From Paraspadella gotoi (taxonomy: Eukaryota > Animalia > Chaetognatha), in the NCBI GenBank assembly GCA_051294375.1, contig CM119267.1, positions 18,144,992-18,208,991 on the forward strand: a DNA stretch of 64,000 bases. The letters run 5' to 3'. Positions 1 through 16,241 of the stretch are shown here, in pieces; position 1 is the stretch's first letter, and each line of letters starts with the position of its first letter. The translations under genes and the position numbers were made by a program. The notes under the pieces were generated by a model, which was not told where the DNA came from, ran no database searches, and worked only from the letters and a program-made list of their open reading frames with translations.

Positions 1-203
1 GGCCAAGAGGGAGAGGGGGAGGGATGGAGAGAGAGAGGGGGAGAGATAGAGAGAGAGAGAGATGAGAGAGGGAAGAAAAGAGGAGGACGAGATGACGAGA
101 GAGAGAGAATAAGAGGGCGAGAGAGAGAGAGAGACGAGAGACAGAATAAAGAGAGGAAGACCGGAATGACGATCGGACTAAGTGGGAGAGGGGAGGGCGG
201 GCG

Positions 204-240
<37 letters not shown>

Positions 241-442
241 AGAGAGAAGAGACGAGAAGCAAGAGAGAGAGAGAAAAAAGAGGAAGATGAAATGACGTCG
301 GCTAGAGGGAGAGGGGGAGGGCGGGACAAGAAGGAGGGGGAGGAGAGATAAAGAAGGAGGAGAGAGAGAGAGGAGAGGAAGAGAGAGAGGAGAGAGAAGA
401 GAGAGCGGAGACGAGGAGAGAGATAAGAGAGAGCGAAAAGAT

Positions 443-485
<43 letters not shown>

Positions 486-1466
486 ATACAAAGGAAGAGG
501 ACGAATGAGAAAGAGAAAAGAACCTAGGGACAAAATGGGATAAAAATTGTGGGGATGAAAACGGGAAGAGGAGATAAACGTGGGAAACAAAAAAAAAATG
601 GGGATAAAAATAAAGAAATTAAAATTGTAGACCAAAATAGAAAGGAAAGAAGAATTGGGGTGATGACAATGAAAAAAAAACTGGTGTCAAACTGATGCCG
701 AAATGAAAATGAAAAAGAAAATTTTGGCAAATAAAAATAAAAATGAACTTGTAAATCCTACTACGAATTGCTTAATACTAATTCATTATCTCCTGTGCAA
801 TATGCATGCGATGTCTCTTCAACAACGAAAAAGAAACGATGGTCAAATGTAAAAAGAAGTATGAAGTATAAAATGGAGAGATACGTGAGAAGTGGGGTTC
901 ACAATGAGTCACATACAGAAACTCCTAATTCCTTAACCCGACCTTAAAAAAAATTAGAAAACGAATGAACAGCGGAAAATGACTCCAATTAATTGGACAT
1001 AATTTGTTATTCAGCGATGGCTTTATTATTTCCGCGCGGACATTGCGCCCCGCGGCTGTTTCTGGCCAACTGTACCGTGTCCTAGTCTTCATCGCCATTG
1101 TCCTCGTCGTTGTTGTCATAATTGTCTCAGTGGACTTTGTCCCTCACCTTTTTCGCTGACGTCATAGTGAGGCTGTGAAAAAAAAGGGGAAAGAAAGGAG
1201 ACCGGAAACGACGACGACGATGACGACGTCGAACCAGACGAGGAGAAATGGGCGCTAATTAGGCTTCAAACTTTGACAAGCTGTTGCCATGACGACGATA
1301 ACGACGACGACGACGAGGATTGCAAAAAAAAAAGGCGTTAATGGATTTTTGGAGTAGAAACTGATTCGATCTCAATTTCTTCGCAATTATCAGAGAAAAA
1401 GTTGCGGACGCATTAGTAGCGTCATTAATGCCATTACGCAATTAGCCTGATTTCTTTTCTTTCTCT

Positions 1467-1497
<31 letters not shown>

Positions 1498-2235
1498 GCT
1501 TCGCCGCCTCCTTTCACGTTCATTAGAGGTCGCTCTCTGTGTCTCGGTCTTCCGTCCCAGGGGTGACAATCTGTCCGTAGAAAAAGAAATTTATTGTTTC
1601 CATTAAAATCGTTTGGGTTCCGATCGAAGGAACCGAAATAGGCGGGCAAGTGACGTGGGTTCAACGGGGAGGGGAGAAGAAAGAACGACGGGTGGGCGGG
1701 GGTCAGTAGAAAGAAAGGAAAGAGCAGAGAGCTGTAAAAAGAAGAGAAAAGGCAGGAAGGGGAAAAAGAAAGAGAAAGAAAGGCGGGGGGAAAGAAAGAA
1801 GATAGGACGAGAAAGGGGGGGAAAAAAGGAAAGGAGTAAAAGTAGAATGAGAAAAAGAAAAGAAAGAAGTAAATTGAAAATGATAGAAATTACGACTGAT
1901 TAACCTGAGCGGAAAGGAAATGAGAGAAGCGGGGAACCGGAATCGCGGCAAAGGAGGAAGTACGAGAAGTTGGGGAGAAAAAGATTCAATTTGTTTATAA
2001 ATTTATTCCTATATACCCTTGCCTATTAAAATACTATATAAAAGATAGCATTTTGCACAAAAGGTGATCCAACAACAACAATGCCTGGAACAACAACGAC
2101 AACGACGGACGGATCGATCAAAGCGAAAGAAAAAGTGACAACGAAAGCGATTGAAGCGGACGTTGTTGTTGTTGTCGTTGTCACAGCGAAACCGATTAAG
2201 GCGTAAAGCAAATGTGACAGAAAAACCGATATGAC

Positions 2236-2354
<119 letters not shown>

Positions 2355-2794
2355 TCTCATTAGGTCAACCCTTTTTCCGTCGTTTTTCATGGTAACGCAA
2401 TTTCTTTTCTGATTTTTGCAATTTTCCCCACTCAACCTCCCCAACTATTTTTACAACAAACCAAAAACTTTCACCACCCAGTTCTATCATCCTGCACAAT
2501 TTACCCATGTACCCATTTTTCCATTTTGCCCACTCTCCCTCATCATCCCAACTTTTCACAAACTCTCACTACCCACAAATTTTCACCTTATTATTCCATC
2601 CCGCTCCACACTTTATCCACACCTCATATCGTCCACACTCTCCACAACTTCTAACATTTCTCACACTATTCCCGCCTGCTCCACACTTTACCAACTCCTT
2701 CCCTTCATCACACTCCCCACAAACTTTTCCCAACTACCCCTTACCCATTCCGCTACTCACTTTCCTCACCCCTCGACCCCCCCTACCCAAACAG

Positions 2795-3091
2795 TACCTC
2801 GACTTCCGCCCCTACGAAGTCGACGGCGTCGTCTACATCGGGCGCGTCTCCGCCGGCGTCAACGTGGACTACTACTGGACGCCGCTCTACGGCGACAGAT
2901 CCCCGCAGCTGCGGCGGACACGGACGCTGGAAGGAGGATTCCTGTTCCGGAAGAAGAAGATCGACAAACCCTTGAATATAAATCGGGAGGAAAAGGGGGA
3001 GAAGGAGGAGGAGGAGAAAAAAGGGGAGAAGGGGTTGGAGTGGGAAGAGGCGAAGGAGGAGAAGGAAGAGGAGGGGGAAAGGGCGATGTAA
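2795..3091 (+). CDS. Probable terminal coding exon of an unidentified gene (YLDFRPYEVDGVVYIGRVSAGVNVDYYWTPLYGDRSPQLRRTRTLEGGFLFRKKK...)
   Basis: Pyrimidine-rich tract plus ACAG acceptor at 2791-2794, GC-rich third codon positions like the other exons in the window, stop TAA at 3089-3091. Possible upstream exons near 1015-1165 (hydrophobic stretch VLVFIAIVLVVVVIIVSV) and 2064-2199 are weaker. Family not recognised. Confidence 0.55.
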   Translation, partial: YLDFRPYEVDGVVYIGRVSAGVNVDYYWTPLYGDRSPQLRRTRTLEGGFLFRKKKIDKPLNINREEKGEKEEEEKKGEKGLEWEEAKEEKEEEGERAM

Positions 3092-3125
3092 GGAAGAATG
3101 GTTTAGAGAGGGAGATAAGGAGAAA

Positions 3126-3167
<42 letters not shown>

Positions 3168-3204
3168 GAGAGGAGAGAGGGAGGAGAGAGAGAGAGAGAG
3201 AGAG

Positions 3205-3690
3205 GAGAGAAAGAGAGAGAGATAGAAATAATAGCGAAAAAATTGCCAGATGGGAGGACAGAAAAAGTGCAAAAAATTCAATATAAAAACGAGAAAACAT
3301 CTTACAAAGTTAAATGAAGGGAAAACAGAGTGGCATGATGTGGGACAAGTGGGTTCTGGTTGAGAACCTAGACGATGGGGAACAATGAAAGGGAGTGAAG
3401 AAGAGACCATGGAAGAGCGAAAGTAAAGCAGCATGAAAGACCAAAAAAAAAAGAAGGAGGAACCAACAATAGACACGAAACGGGACGACCAAAGCCATAA
3501 GAGGCTATTTGGCGGAGCGTGAACAAAAGCGCACAACAAATAGAGTGAGACTGTTTTTTTCTTCTGTGGCGTAATAAATGATAAAGTTGATGGGAGAATA
3601 GGGAATGGATAACTGTGATTCGAGTGTTCTTCCTTGCTGCAATGCTACAATTATAATCTATAAAGTGAGAAGATGCAAGTGGTTCTCGTC

Positions 3691-3739
<49 letters not shown>

Positions 3740-4082
3740 GAGAGAGGAGAGAGAGAGAGATGAGGGAGAAGAGAGAGAGAAAGAGAAGAGACTAGCGATT
3801 CTGACCGGCAAGTGTCACTTTTAGGATAGTAGTAAATGTTTTCGTTGATCATTCGAAAACTAGGTATCTCAATCCCTTTAAGTTTTTATCCAAGCCAATT
3901 ATCCAATTTATGAAAAAACTTTTCAATAATTTCACATCAAAAATTTTAAAACTTAACTTTTAATATTAGCTCAATTTTGGGTTAAATATGACTTAACCTC
4001 TATTATGTTTTCTTTGTCACATCCTGGGGCAACTCGTGACGGGAATGCTATTTTTCCCGTTTTCTCGTTTCTAAATTTTAAT

Positions 4083-4160
<78 letters not shown>

Positions 4161-4466
4161 CAGAGAAGGAGAAGCAAATTTTCTTCGGTGCCAAAGGACG
4201 TGAGATAGGATTTCATGTTTTCAAGCTTAAAGTCATTTTCTTAACAGGATTAACAAAAGAAGGTAAACGCGCGGAAGCAAGAAAAAAAACAAAAAAACTC
4301 TTTTTGTTTCTCTTTCGTCTTCTTCTTAGTTTTAGTTTTCCTCTACTTGTTATTTTCCCCTCACTTTTCTCCTTCACCCGAGAAAGAGAATTAATGAAGG
4401 AAAAAGAAGATAAGGAAAAGCGAAGTCGTCGCCATTTGCAAGATTAACTTCGCTGAGAGGCACGTG

Positions 4467-4530
<64 letters not shown>

Positions 4531-5131
4531 GAGACAACGACTCTTCCGGCGTTGAAATCTCGCGCCCTTTTATGCATCGTGTAACGTGCCATCGTCGTCG
4601 CACAACCAAGTTGGAAATTTTAAAAAGTTGCTGCAAATTGCCGCAAGGTATGACGTGAACGGCTTTCGCAGAATTTTCCTTTTCAATGGAACTGGAGAGA
4701 GTGCGAAGTTTTACGACGGAATGAATTTTTTATGGCCGTTAAAAATCTTAAATTAGCGCTGAACGGACAGTCGAATTTCGTCGCCGATTCAGTTCGCAAG
4801 TTCAGTGTCACTGAGTCGCGACAGGGAAGAGAGAAATCGCGAGAAGAAGATGGAGAGACACAAGAAAATTATGGTGCCTCTGGGCACATAGAGAAGGGGG
4901 GGGGAAATTAAAGAAAAAAAGGAGAAACAGAATGGGAGAGAAAAAAAGGAATTCATGAGGGAATAAATAGAGCGCATCCCAGTTCTGTCGATGTGACTAT
5001 TTTTTTAGTTTTATTCGTTACATTTATTGATATATATTTATATAAACGACGAACATTCTTATGAAATTTCGACAATATAAAAATTAATTTTAAGATAGTA
5101 GCATTATATTAAAAACGCGGTACGGCCTTAA
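3205..5131. repeat. Duplicated segment, copy 1 (copy 2 at 13194-15145)
   Basis: Colinear near-identical sequence (e.g. gaaataatagcgaaaa...cggtacggccttaaa) differing mostly by 1-bp indels; copy 2 starts immediately after the 25-N gap at 13169-13193. Confidence 0.9.
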
Positions 5132-8100
5132 AGGGGACCCAGTTGATAAAAAAATGATATTATAGCTATAAGAGTCTATCATTAAAGGAATTTGAATGGT
5201 AGTAGTCATTAATTTTCTTCCGCGCGGGAAAGTGGAGGAAAAAAAGCCCATCTTCCTTGTTGAAATTTCGAACCCAAGGACAAGGATATTTATTGGAAAA
5301 TGTTTTAATTGATCTCCTGGGTTTGCAGCGAGGTAACTCTGTTGCCACTGTGCGGCGTCGAGCTACGCCTAAATACTGATACCCTTTCATTCTCTTTACT
5401 TTCCTTGGCAAGTCATTTTCCATGAATTTTCGAATTTTTTATTTTTTAATGCAGAAAGAAAGCTGAATGTTCTTGCGTCTGGCGCTCCTTAATTAAAGGG
5501 AAATTTTAACTAGTGGTATTATATTTTTCAGATACGCACCAGGAAAGTACAGAAAAAAAAACCAGAAATCCTTACTTAAAAATCGAACAAGGGCATGTTA
5601 TTTCATTGTAAACATTTGTCATGACCCCCTGCAAATATCTTTTCCGGGTTTCCTTTGACTCTTGTTCCAACAGATTGAATTCTTAGGAAAGATAAAGAGC
5701 GCTTCCCTTCTTCTTTATTACCTGTACTAATGTTGGGAGGTTTATACTTTGATCTAATTTAATGATTTGACTTTTAAAAGAAACTTGAATTAAAATTTGT
5801 TCATACCTTAAATTTTTATCTATTCCTGATTTTTTTTTAAATTTTTTGTTTTTTGAGAAAACAAAATAGTCAGCTTACGGAAGTTGCCCAGACGGGAAAG
5901 TGATGGAACTCAAACATCGTACGGGAAAAAAACTGGACAAATTTCAACTTATATTATGCCTTCTTGACCACTGAAATGCTATTGTAAGAGTTAGAAACAT
6001 GTGAATGAATAAACATTTAATTCTTAATCAATTTTCAACAGAAAAAACCACTACAGCTACTATGGCCACTAAGGGTACAGAGTACCAAAGAGGTTCGTCG
6101 TTCGTCTTCGTCTTTGTTGGAATTCATTTGCAGTTCCTAAAAGTCGACCAGGCAAAAGACGTCCTGCGGGCTGAATTCGAATTGAATTTGATAATAAAAA
6201 TTGAAATGGCATGTTGATTTTATTATAATTTTATTTTTCTCTCTTCTATCTCTATCTCACTCGTTATAATACAATTTATAGGCAATTTGTTTCAGTTTAC
6301 AACAAATTTTTATTCAAAGAAACATTTGAAACGTTTCGGCTTTGAATGCAAGCCTTCATTCAGCGTCAAATAATTTTGTGAATTGTTAGGACAGTTTTTT
6401 GTGTGAAAGAAGGAGAGAGAGTGGACGAGAGAGAGAGAGAGAGAGTGTGTTTAGAGAGGACTTGGGCTCTCCCGCGTCGCGAGGTAGGGCGTGGCTTCGC
6501 GCGAGAGAGACGTAAACGTAAAATGCTGGACGGATCTCGGAAACGTCGAAAAATATCTCGAAGACGATAAGACTCGAAAATGGAACCAAATAATGCAGAC
6601 AAAATATAAATTTAAATGGAATATAATCGAGCAGTAAATTAAAGCAGAAAATCCGACGTTAAATCAAGCAAAAAATTGTACAAAAAATATGGAGAAATAG
6701 TCGACGTCCGTAGAAATAACAGTGAAAGAACAATTAGTTTGTGTTCCAAAGAAATCGTAAGCAAACTCGTCTGATCAACAGTCAACTAAACTGGTCCAAG
6801 TAAATTATTAGAGAGAAAGGCGGGAGAAACAGGTAAAGAGAGATGAGAAGGAGGAGAGAGTGCAATGAGTCGTACGGTCAATTTATGCAGTCCGCGATCA
6901 ACTGGTCATAACGAACTCGGTCTCTTCGTCCTTTTCCGGTCCGTCAATCATTGGTCGGGTCTGTCGGGGCCTTTCCTTCTACAGAGAAGAGGAGAGTGAT
7001 TAGGGCAAATTTCCACACAGAGTTAGAAAGAAATAGTGGCCCACAGTGTGTTGAGGAAACCCAAATTGCCTCTAATACACATAACAACGAAAAAGAAAAG
7101 TTTATTACGACCTATGCTTCAAAACACCATTCTGATGAATAAAAAATCATTGACAAGTGTTTATTGATTGTCTTTGCCGTCATCTTCACCCTCGTTCGTC
7201 TTCGTCGTTTTCGGGCTTCATCTTTTCGTCCGTCGTCTTCGCCGTCGTTTTCCGTCCTCTTTTTCGTCGTCGCCGGTTTGGTCTTCCTCTTCATCCGTCG
7301 TTTTCGTTCTTCTTTGTCTTTTCGTTGTCGGCTTTATGTCTTCCTCTTCGTTCGTCGTTTTCGTCTTCTTTTGTCTTTTTCGTTGTCGGTTTTTGTTCTT
7401 TCCTCTTCGTTCGTCGTTTTCTTTTCAACTTTTTTTCGTCATATTTCACTGTATTTTGTTATTGTTTTGTCGTTTTTCGTCATCATAATCACAATCAGCA
7501 ATGTCAATGATTAACTTATTAATCTGTACTTTTTGGAACTGTTTGAGTCGGAGAAGAAGAGAGAGAGAGAAGAAAGAGAGAGAGGAAAAGAGAGAGAACA
7601 ACAGTCAGACTAAATCCCCGCTGCTGCTTAAATTTGGAAACTCTTCTTTTTTTCTCTCTCTTTCTTTTCTCTCTCTTTTTTGCTGCCGTACTCTTGTTGT
7701 CTTTTACTTCGTCAATATTTTTTTGTCATGGTCTTCGCCTTCATTTGTCATCGTCGTTTTTCGCCTTCGTTTTTGTCGTCCTCTTTCGTCGGTTGTCGTC
7801 GTCGTTGTCTTTGCTGTCGTTTCATTCATCGTCTTTGTTGTCGTTATCGTCGTCGTTGTTGTCGTTTCTTCGTTGTCTTTTTCGGAGTTTTCGTTTTTTG
7901 GTCATCGTTATGTTGTCGTCGTCTTTGATGTTTTGTTGTCGTCTTCGTCGTGTTTCATCGTTGTTGTTGTCATCTTTCGTCGTTGTCGTCTTCATCGTTG
8001 TTGTCATCGTCTGTTGTTGCTTTCATCATTTCAGTTGTTGTTGTTGTTCGTCTTTTGTTATACATTTTTCGTCGACTTTCGTTGTTGTTTTTTTTTGTTA

Positions 8101-11100
8101 TCCATTTTTCGTCTTCGCCCCGTCGTTTTCGTCATCTCTATTCTCTATTCTATTGGTTTTTGTCTTTTTCGTTATGTTAGTAATATTTTAATTAGGCCTC
8201 CCATTTTTAGTAATTTAAACTTTCGTTCAAATTTTGTCTCTCTAAATTTCTCAGTTTCCAAAGTTTAATATTTCATAGATTCCAGGGAACTCAGCGCCTA
8301 TTTTGTAAAAACATTTTGTCTAAGTAGAATAAACAAAGGAAGAGAGACGAGAGGGAGGACCGAGATTTAGTACATTCCATTTTTAGATCTCAAGGATTAA
8401 GACGCAATATTTTATTTCACTGTTTAATTTTCTATACAACTTTGGCAATCTACAATTATTTCAGGTAACTTCAAAAAACTAATTAAGACAGGGACTATGC
8501 ATTAGTTCATCTACTCTATCCGTCATCTTTGAGGGCCACAGACCACGTTACCAACATGGTGGCCAGCGTTGTTCGCTTAACGGACAGCCTCGAAGTTTAT
8601 TTCTGCGCGTACGGATATTTGTTTTTTTGTCCGAGTTGAATAGCGGCGGTAATCTAAGATTTTTTCTTTTCCCAATGAAACGAAATGCATTGTAAAGTTG
8701 GAAGAATTTTTTTCTTTAAAACGTTTAGTACTATTTTATTTGTTTCAGGGCCCTCTCTGAACATACGAACATGATTTTATTGTAGATAACGATGAAATTT
8801 TTGGATATTTCTACTCGAAACCAAAACATTAACCTTAAAAGCAAAATAAATAGATCACGACTTTCTTTTTACGTCAGTTGATACGAGTTCAACTGGGTAA
8901 GACCGAATATTTTTATTTTCACGTTTCTCAATCGACGGTCCAGTCATCCGGAACAAACGATTTTTCGAGTTTTTTTTCCTTTAATTCCTCACGCACAGAT
9001 TATCTCTCCGACCTTGTAAAGATTATTTTTCTTGACGTTCAACGATTCAACGAATTTTTTAATGGATAACTAAAGTTTTCGGATTTTTACTGGACATAAA
9101 AAAAAAAAATAATTTAGTTTGTAAACGATTGATCTATATGTTAACGAATTTCGACGTTTTGGTTAATTATTTATTTTTTTGCTCGGTTCCTATTTAAATT
9201 ATTTTTTTCGGCATTGAAATTTTTCGTTTATTTGCACGGTTAGGATTGAAACGAACAATGTATTTGGGTACAAAATACCGTAAGCCACCGAGGGGTTACA
9301 AAGCAATTGGAATTGGGTTCGATAATATAAACGATTTGGAACAGAATTTTTCCTTCTTTGGGCGAGGGGAAAGTGTACCAAAAGAAATGAAAAATTATGT
9401 GCTAAACGAATTTATACTATTCATCAGGGATTACAAGGAAACCAGAACCGGACCGTTAAGATTTCGATATTTCGATTACGGATTGCTATTGCTCTCTACG
9501 AACCCAATTGTTAAAAATCACTACAAATTTAAAACAAACAAACGAATATGTCTTTCTCGCGATGACTTGGTTTCGTGGCCGCCACAAAAAACTTGCGCCT
9601 AATGGCGCAGTCCATTGACTGTTTTGGCAGGAAGTTGATGCGGCTCTCTCAGAACATCCACACATTTCATTCGAATCGCTGCCTCTAAATTTACAATTTT
9701 CAAGTACAAAAAATAAGGCCGACCCGCGATCGACGAAGAGGCAACGTGTCGCGACTCATTGAAAATATTAGAGATGCCTCGCGGGAGATATGACATTTTT
9801 TGGAACGCTCCGCCGGCTCCCACGTGCCGACTTTGGAATTGCCCTATGGATTTACGCATCGTTTCCGCCTCCGCCGCCGTGTTTCAACTGATGGAGAACG
9901 GATGCCGTTCGGTAGCCTTCTCTTGATACAACGAATAGTTCCCTCCCACTGCCCGCAGCCAACAGCAGTTTTCCGATGCAGCAACAGCAGTTTTTCGATG
10001 CAGCAAACAGACACTCAGCACTCTATTGCTGCGTCCGCCGACACAGCTGCCGTCTCGGATTCATTGACGAACGACGCAGCGTTCGCATTCTGGGATTCGC
10101 GACGCACCGGTGTTTTCATCAAGGAAGAAACGCAAATTCAAAGTCGAGGCCGTCGCATCATCAGGAAATTGGGGCGTTCGTGACGGGCGTGGCCGACGCC
10201 GAGCGGAACCCTTTTCTTGGAAAGGAATTTCAACGTCTTGGCTGTCTTATCGATTGCTTCTGTGATGCAGCTCAGCCGCCGCCGCCGCCCGCCGCCAGGA
10301 TTGCTTCTTCCTGTCGTATACTCTTCCTCATCGAGAAGCGTCCGCTGCCCGGGTTCGATAGTACCACTTTCTGTTTTAAAATTTATTTTATTTATTGTTA
10401 GCGCGAATGGTGATGCTGTGATTGAATGGGATGACATTATAATGAAAGTTTTGGAATATCGATTTTATTTTTCTGTTTTTGCCGCATTGTGATGTAATGA
10501 ATGTCCGAATAATATGGTAGTGATGTGAAGGCATTTCAATGACAGTATGATTATGAAAAAACATATATTAAAAATAAAAGGTGAACGGGTTTACCTCCAC
10601 TATTGCCGTTCTCCAAGGGAAGGTAAATATAGTTAGCTGACAGACGACCGAACCGAAATTATAAATTTCTGTAAAACTCCATGTTTTGTTCGACTTTAGA
10701 GTTGTCTTAGTATAGCCTATAACATTATTGTTCGTTTTCATTACCTGTTTCGACTTTACATGCGCCGATCAATTATCAAAGAAGTTTTGGAAGCCGAAGC
10801 GACAAAAATTCAAAAATGTCAGAGGCTAAAAATATTTTTTGCGATATTGTTATTAGAATTTCATAGTGTTGAAGGTAATCCCTACCAAAAAACCTTTTCT
10901 GCTGAGGAGAAACGAAATGAAATGAATTTATTTTTTGAAAGGGGGAAAAGAGGGGCCCTTGGTAAAAAAATATCTAAATATCCTAAAATAAATTCAGATG
11001 ACTCAGAAATATTCCCCTTTAGGAATCTTTTTGGTCCCTGGATCTGAAGGTGGAATCCGCTGCACCTCAGGGGTTGAAACTCAAGAAGCAAACGAATCCG

Positions 11101-11122
11101 CTTGCGCGATGGCAAGTGTGAC

Positions 11123-11252
11123 AAAGGTAAAGGGTTTGTGAGAGGTTTCCAAAGGTAAAAGGTTTGCGAGGGTTTTCCAAAGGTAAAGGTTTGCGAGAGG
11201 TTTCCAAAGGTAAAGGTTTGCGAGAGGTTTTCAAAGGTAAAGGTCTGCGAGA
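11123..11252 (+). repeat. 27-bp minisatellite (aaaggtaaaggtttgcgagaggtttcc) x ~5
   Basis: Directly visible tandem units; would read KGKGLREVS if coding. Confidence 0.85.
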
Positions 11253-13193
11253 GTGTAAATGTAAAGGACTAAATGGTGAAGCATCGGACATTGCTTCCTT
11301 AGCTGCCTGAAATATATATATCAATTAAACGATACAAAGAAAAGTGTACGATAAAGTCACTTCGAACGATGATGATTTATTGACAGAAGAAAAGTGTTAC
11401 GATAAACGTCACTTCGACTGATGATTTATTAGCAAACAAACCGGAAACTCGAGCATTGAAGAAGTCAGTTCAAGAATTTAGAATGCCAACGCTTTCACAA
11501 TTAGGAAAGCGAAAGAATTTTCTAAATATTACAAAAACGACTCGACCGAAAATACAAAGGTGAAAATCTTGGATCATTAAATAAAACGATACTCCGCGCC
11601 AGCGAAAAGCGACGCCTTTACAATTAAGAGTCACATGACTTAACATATTACGACACAGTCTCGCTTTTTCAAAATAAGATAATCAGCAAATTATTTTTAG
11701 GTTATTTGTAAAGGAAATGGGAAAGCGTCGATAAATTAATATTGTCGATACTAAGCAGCTTGATCGAAATGCCGCCGATAAGTACACCACGATTATGGAC
11801 ATTGTAACTTACAATACCGCTTTTTAAAATTATTTATCGACAATGTACTTACGCCTGAAATGCGACGACGAATTATTACGGACACGAAATCAGAAAACTG
11901 TCATATTTGTGTGAGTTACAACATAAAAACCGACGTGTGAAGGAGAAACCATCGACTAAAAAATGCCGTTTGCACCAGACAGAATACTTTCTTGCGATTT
12001 TTGCTGGGTCCGATAGCAAACGTCGAAAGGGTATAAATATTATATTCTTTACAGTTAGAGAATCTTTCTTAATACGATAAAATCTACTTCGGCTTGAAGA
12101 TGTCGCATCATGCCTTTTAAGATATCTTGATCTCATGGAATTTGGGATTGCGTTTCGATCGATGCGTAAATTGAGTGACTTAACGAAAGCATCGATCGGA
12201 ACTATTAAAGAAAACTGGGAGTACAAGCTACCAACAAAGTACGTATATTGTCAGTAGACATCAACCGTACTCGGAACGGATTAAATCAATTCTGACTGAT
12301 TTCGAATTTTGAATAATGGTTAGATATAAAGAACCAAAGACTACGAAAGTGGTCCGACATTTTGAAGAAAGTCGAACTCTCCAAAACATGAGTCCGTGCA
12401 TCTCCGTTAGCGGAAGAGACCATCCAGCGTTAACCCGCGGAAACACGCGATGAAGTTTTGGAAGGAGTGGGAACCGAGATGTATAAAGTACAAAATATTA
12501 TTGATAATACTGAAATATTACTGCCCATTTTGTTAAAATTATTTGTCTCATTATCAGGAACGGGCGCTTAGGGCAAGTCATTTATAAAATTAATGGGGAT
12601 TAATATTGCTAAATCGGATCGGTGGATTTTTGAAAACATTTATAAACTAAATGCTTCGCCGTATGACCGATTCATAAACATTTTTTGTTTTGTTTACAGG
12701 CGACTTACTTTCGCGATGAATTTGAACAAGAAAATTACAGAAAATATAAGTCGGGCTCTCATTTAACAAAAGAACAAGGCTAAACTAGTTATTATTAAAT
12801 TTAATAGTAATTAAATCCTATATTAATTTCAAATCGGTGTGAACTTAGTTATAATAATAAAGTAATGAAGTGGTCGAGATAAAAATGTGTTGAACAAAAT
12901 GAGATGGAATCGGTTTATTGAAATCAGAAAAGCGAATGGAATCGAATTGGCGGTAATTGTACAAAGTTCGCTATTGATTTTTATACTGCGAGAGAGAGAA
13001 AATTTGGTTTACATTTGTAAAGTAAATTTAATTTTTTCTAAAATACTTCCGATTTAACTGAGGGATGCAAAAACAATTTCTTAGCGGGCATTTGGAATTT
13101 TTAAGAATTCGCCGACGATTTTATTTTCTTTCTTACTAATAATAATAATTCAGATCGTCTCTCTTTTTNNNNNNNNNNNNNNNNNNNNNNNNN

Positions 13194-15145
<1,952 letters not shown>

Positions 15146-15375
15146 ATATGAAAGTTTCACTACAGACCAAATAACTAGTGAGTATTTAAAAAATATCCAG
15201 AGGTTTCTAACGACCAGAAAATTAAAAAATTGGGTTTTAAATCATCGTACGGCAACGCTTGCAATGTATGATATATCAACCGTAATAATCATCAACTATG
15301 TCCGTAGGTAATTTCAAAATATCGAGTCTTTCGTTATTTCCTTTGTTGTTTTGTCCCTTGGTTGCTCTTCTGTTT

Positions 15376-16144
15376 TTAAACCGAATTAAACGTCTGTATA
15401 TCGTCGAGATGTCGCAGGAGATCGCGGACGAAGTCGTCTTGAATTCCGGAGATGGCGGCATCGACGAAGCGCTGCGGGATCCAGCCCCCAATTGAAGTGT
15501 TGACGATCCACTCGAAGGTCGTCGTCGCGGAAAAGTCGCGCGATCGCGACAGACGGAGACCGCTCGGTCCGTTGACGCCCCTGACGAAGCGGGCGGTGGG
15601 CGGGGCGGACGGATGGGAGACGCCTTTGGTGCAGGAATAGAAAGCGTCGCCCTGGAGAGATTTTTTGACGGATGAAAAATGAAAATGAAAATGAAAAAAA
15701 TAAAACGGACACTGTAAAAGTCGGCTGACTCTCTTTCGCTTTCTTTCTTTCTTTCCTTCTTTCTTTCTTTCTTTCTTTTTTTCTTTCCTTTTAGCTTGTA
15801 TTTTTTTCTTCTTTCCATCTTTTTCTTCTTCTCTATTATTCTCTTTCACTCTTCGCCCTCACCCTTTTAGCCCAGTAGGTAAGGTCCACGTAATCCCTGG
15901 GCGATATGACGCCTCCGCCCTGCTGCGGCGTCGCGCTCCAAGTGACGGCGGTGACGTCGTCGAGTTGCTGCAGCTTGAATCCGTCGGAGATCTGGCTGCT
16001 CCAGACGACCATCTCGGAAATGTCCTTCAACACGACCTCTCGGAGGACGAGCTCTGGTCGGCCTGGAATCTCGGCGGAACACTTGAAGAGCTTTCCGTGG
16101 ACCGGATGATTTTGGCTGAAAGAGAAAGATTAAAAAGAGAGATG

Positions 16145-16241
<97 letters not shown>

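Noticed and set aside
7150-8270. Long hydrophobic ORFs (up to 255 aa, F/V/S-rich)
   Set aside because: Degenerate (GTC/GTT/TTC)n low-complexity tract open in several frames; no domain signal.
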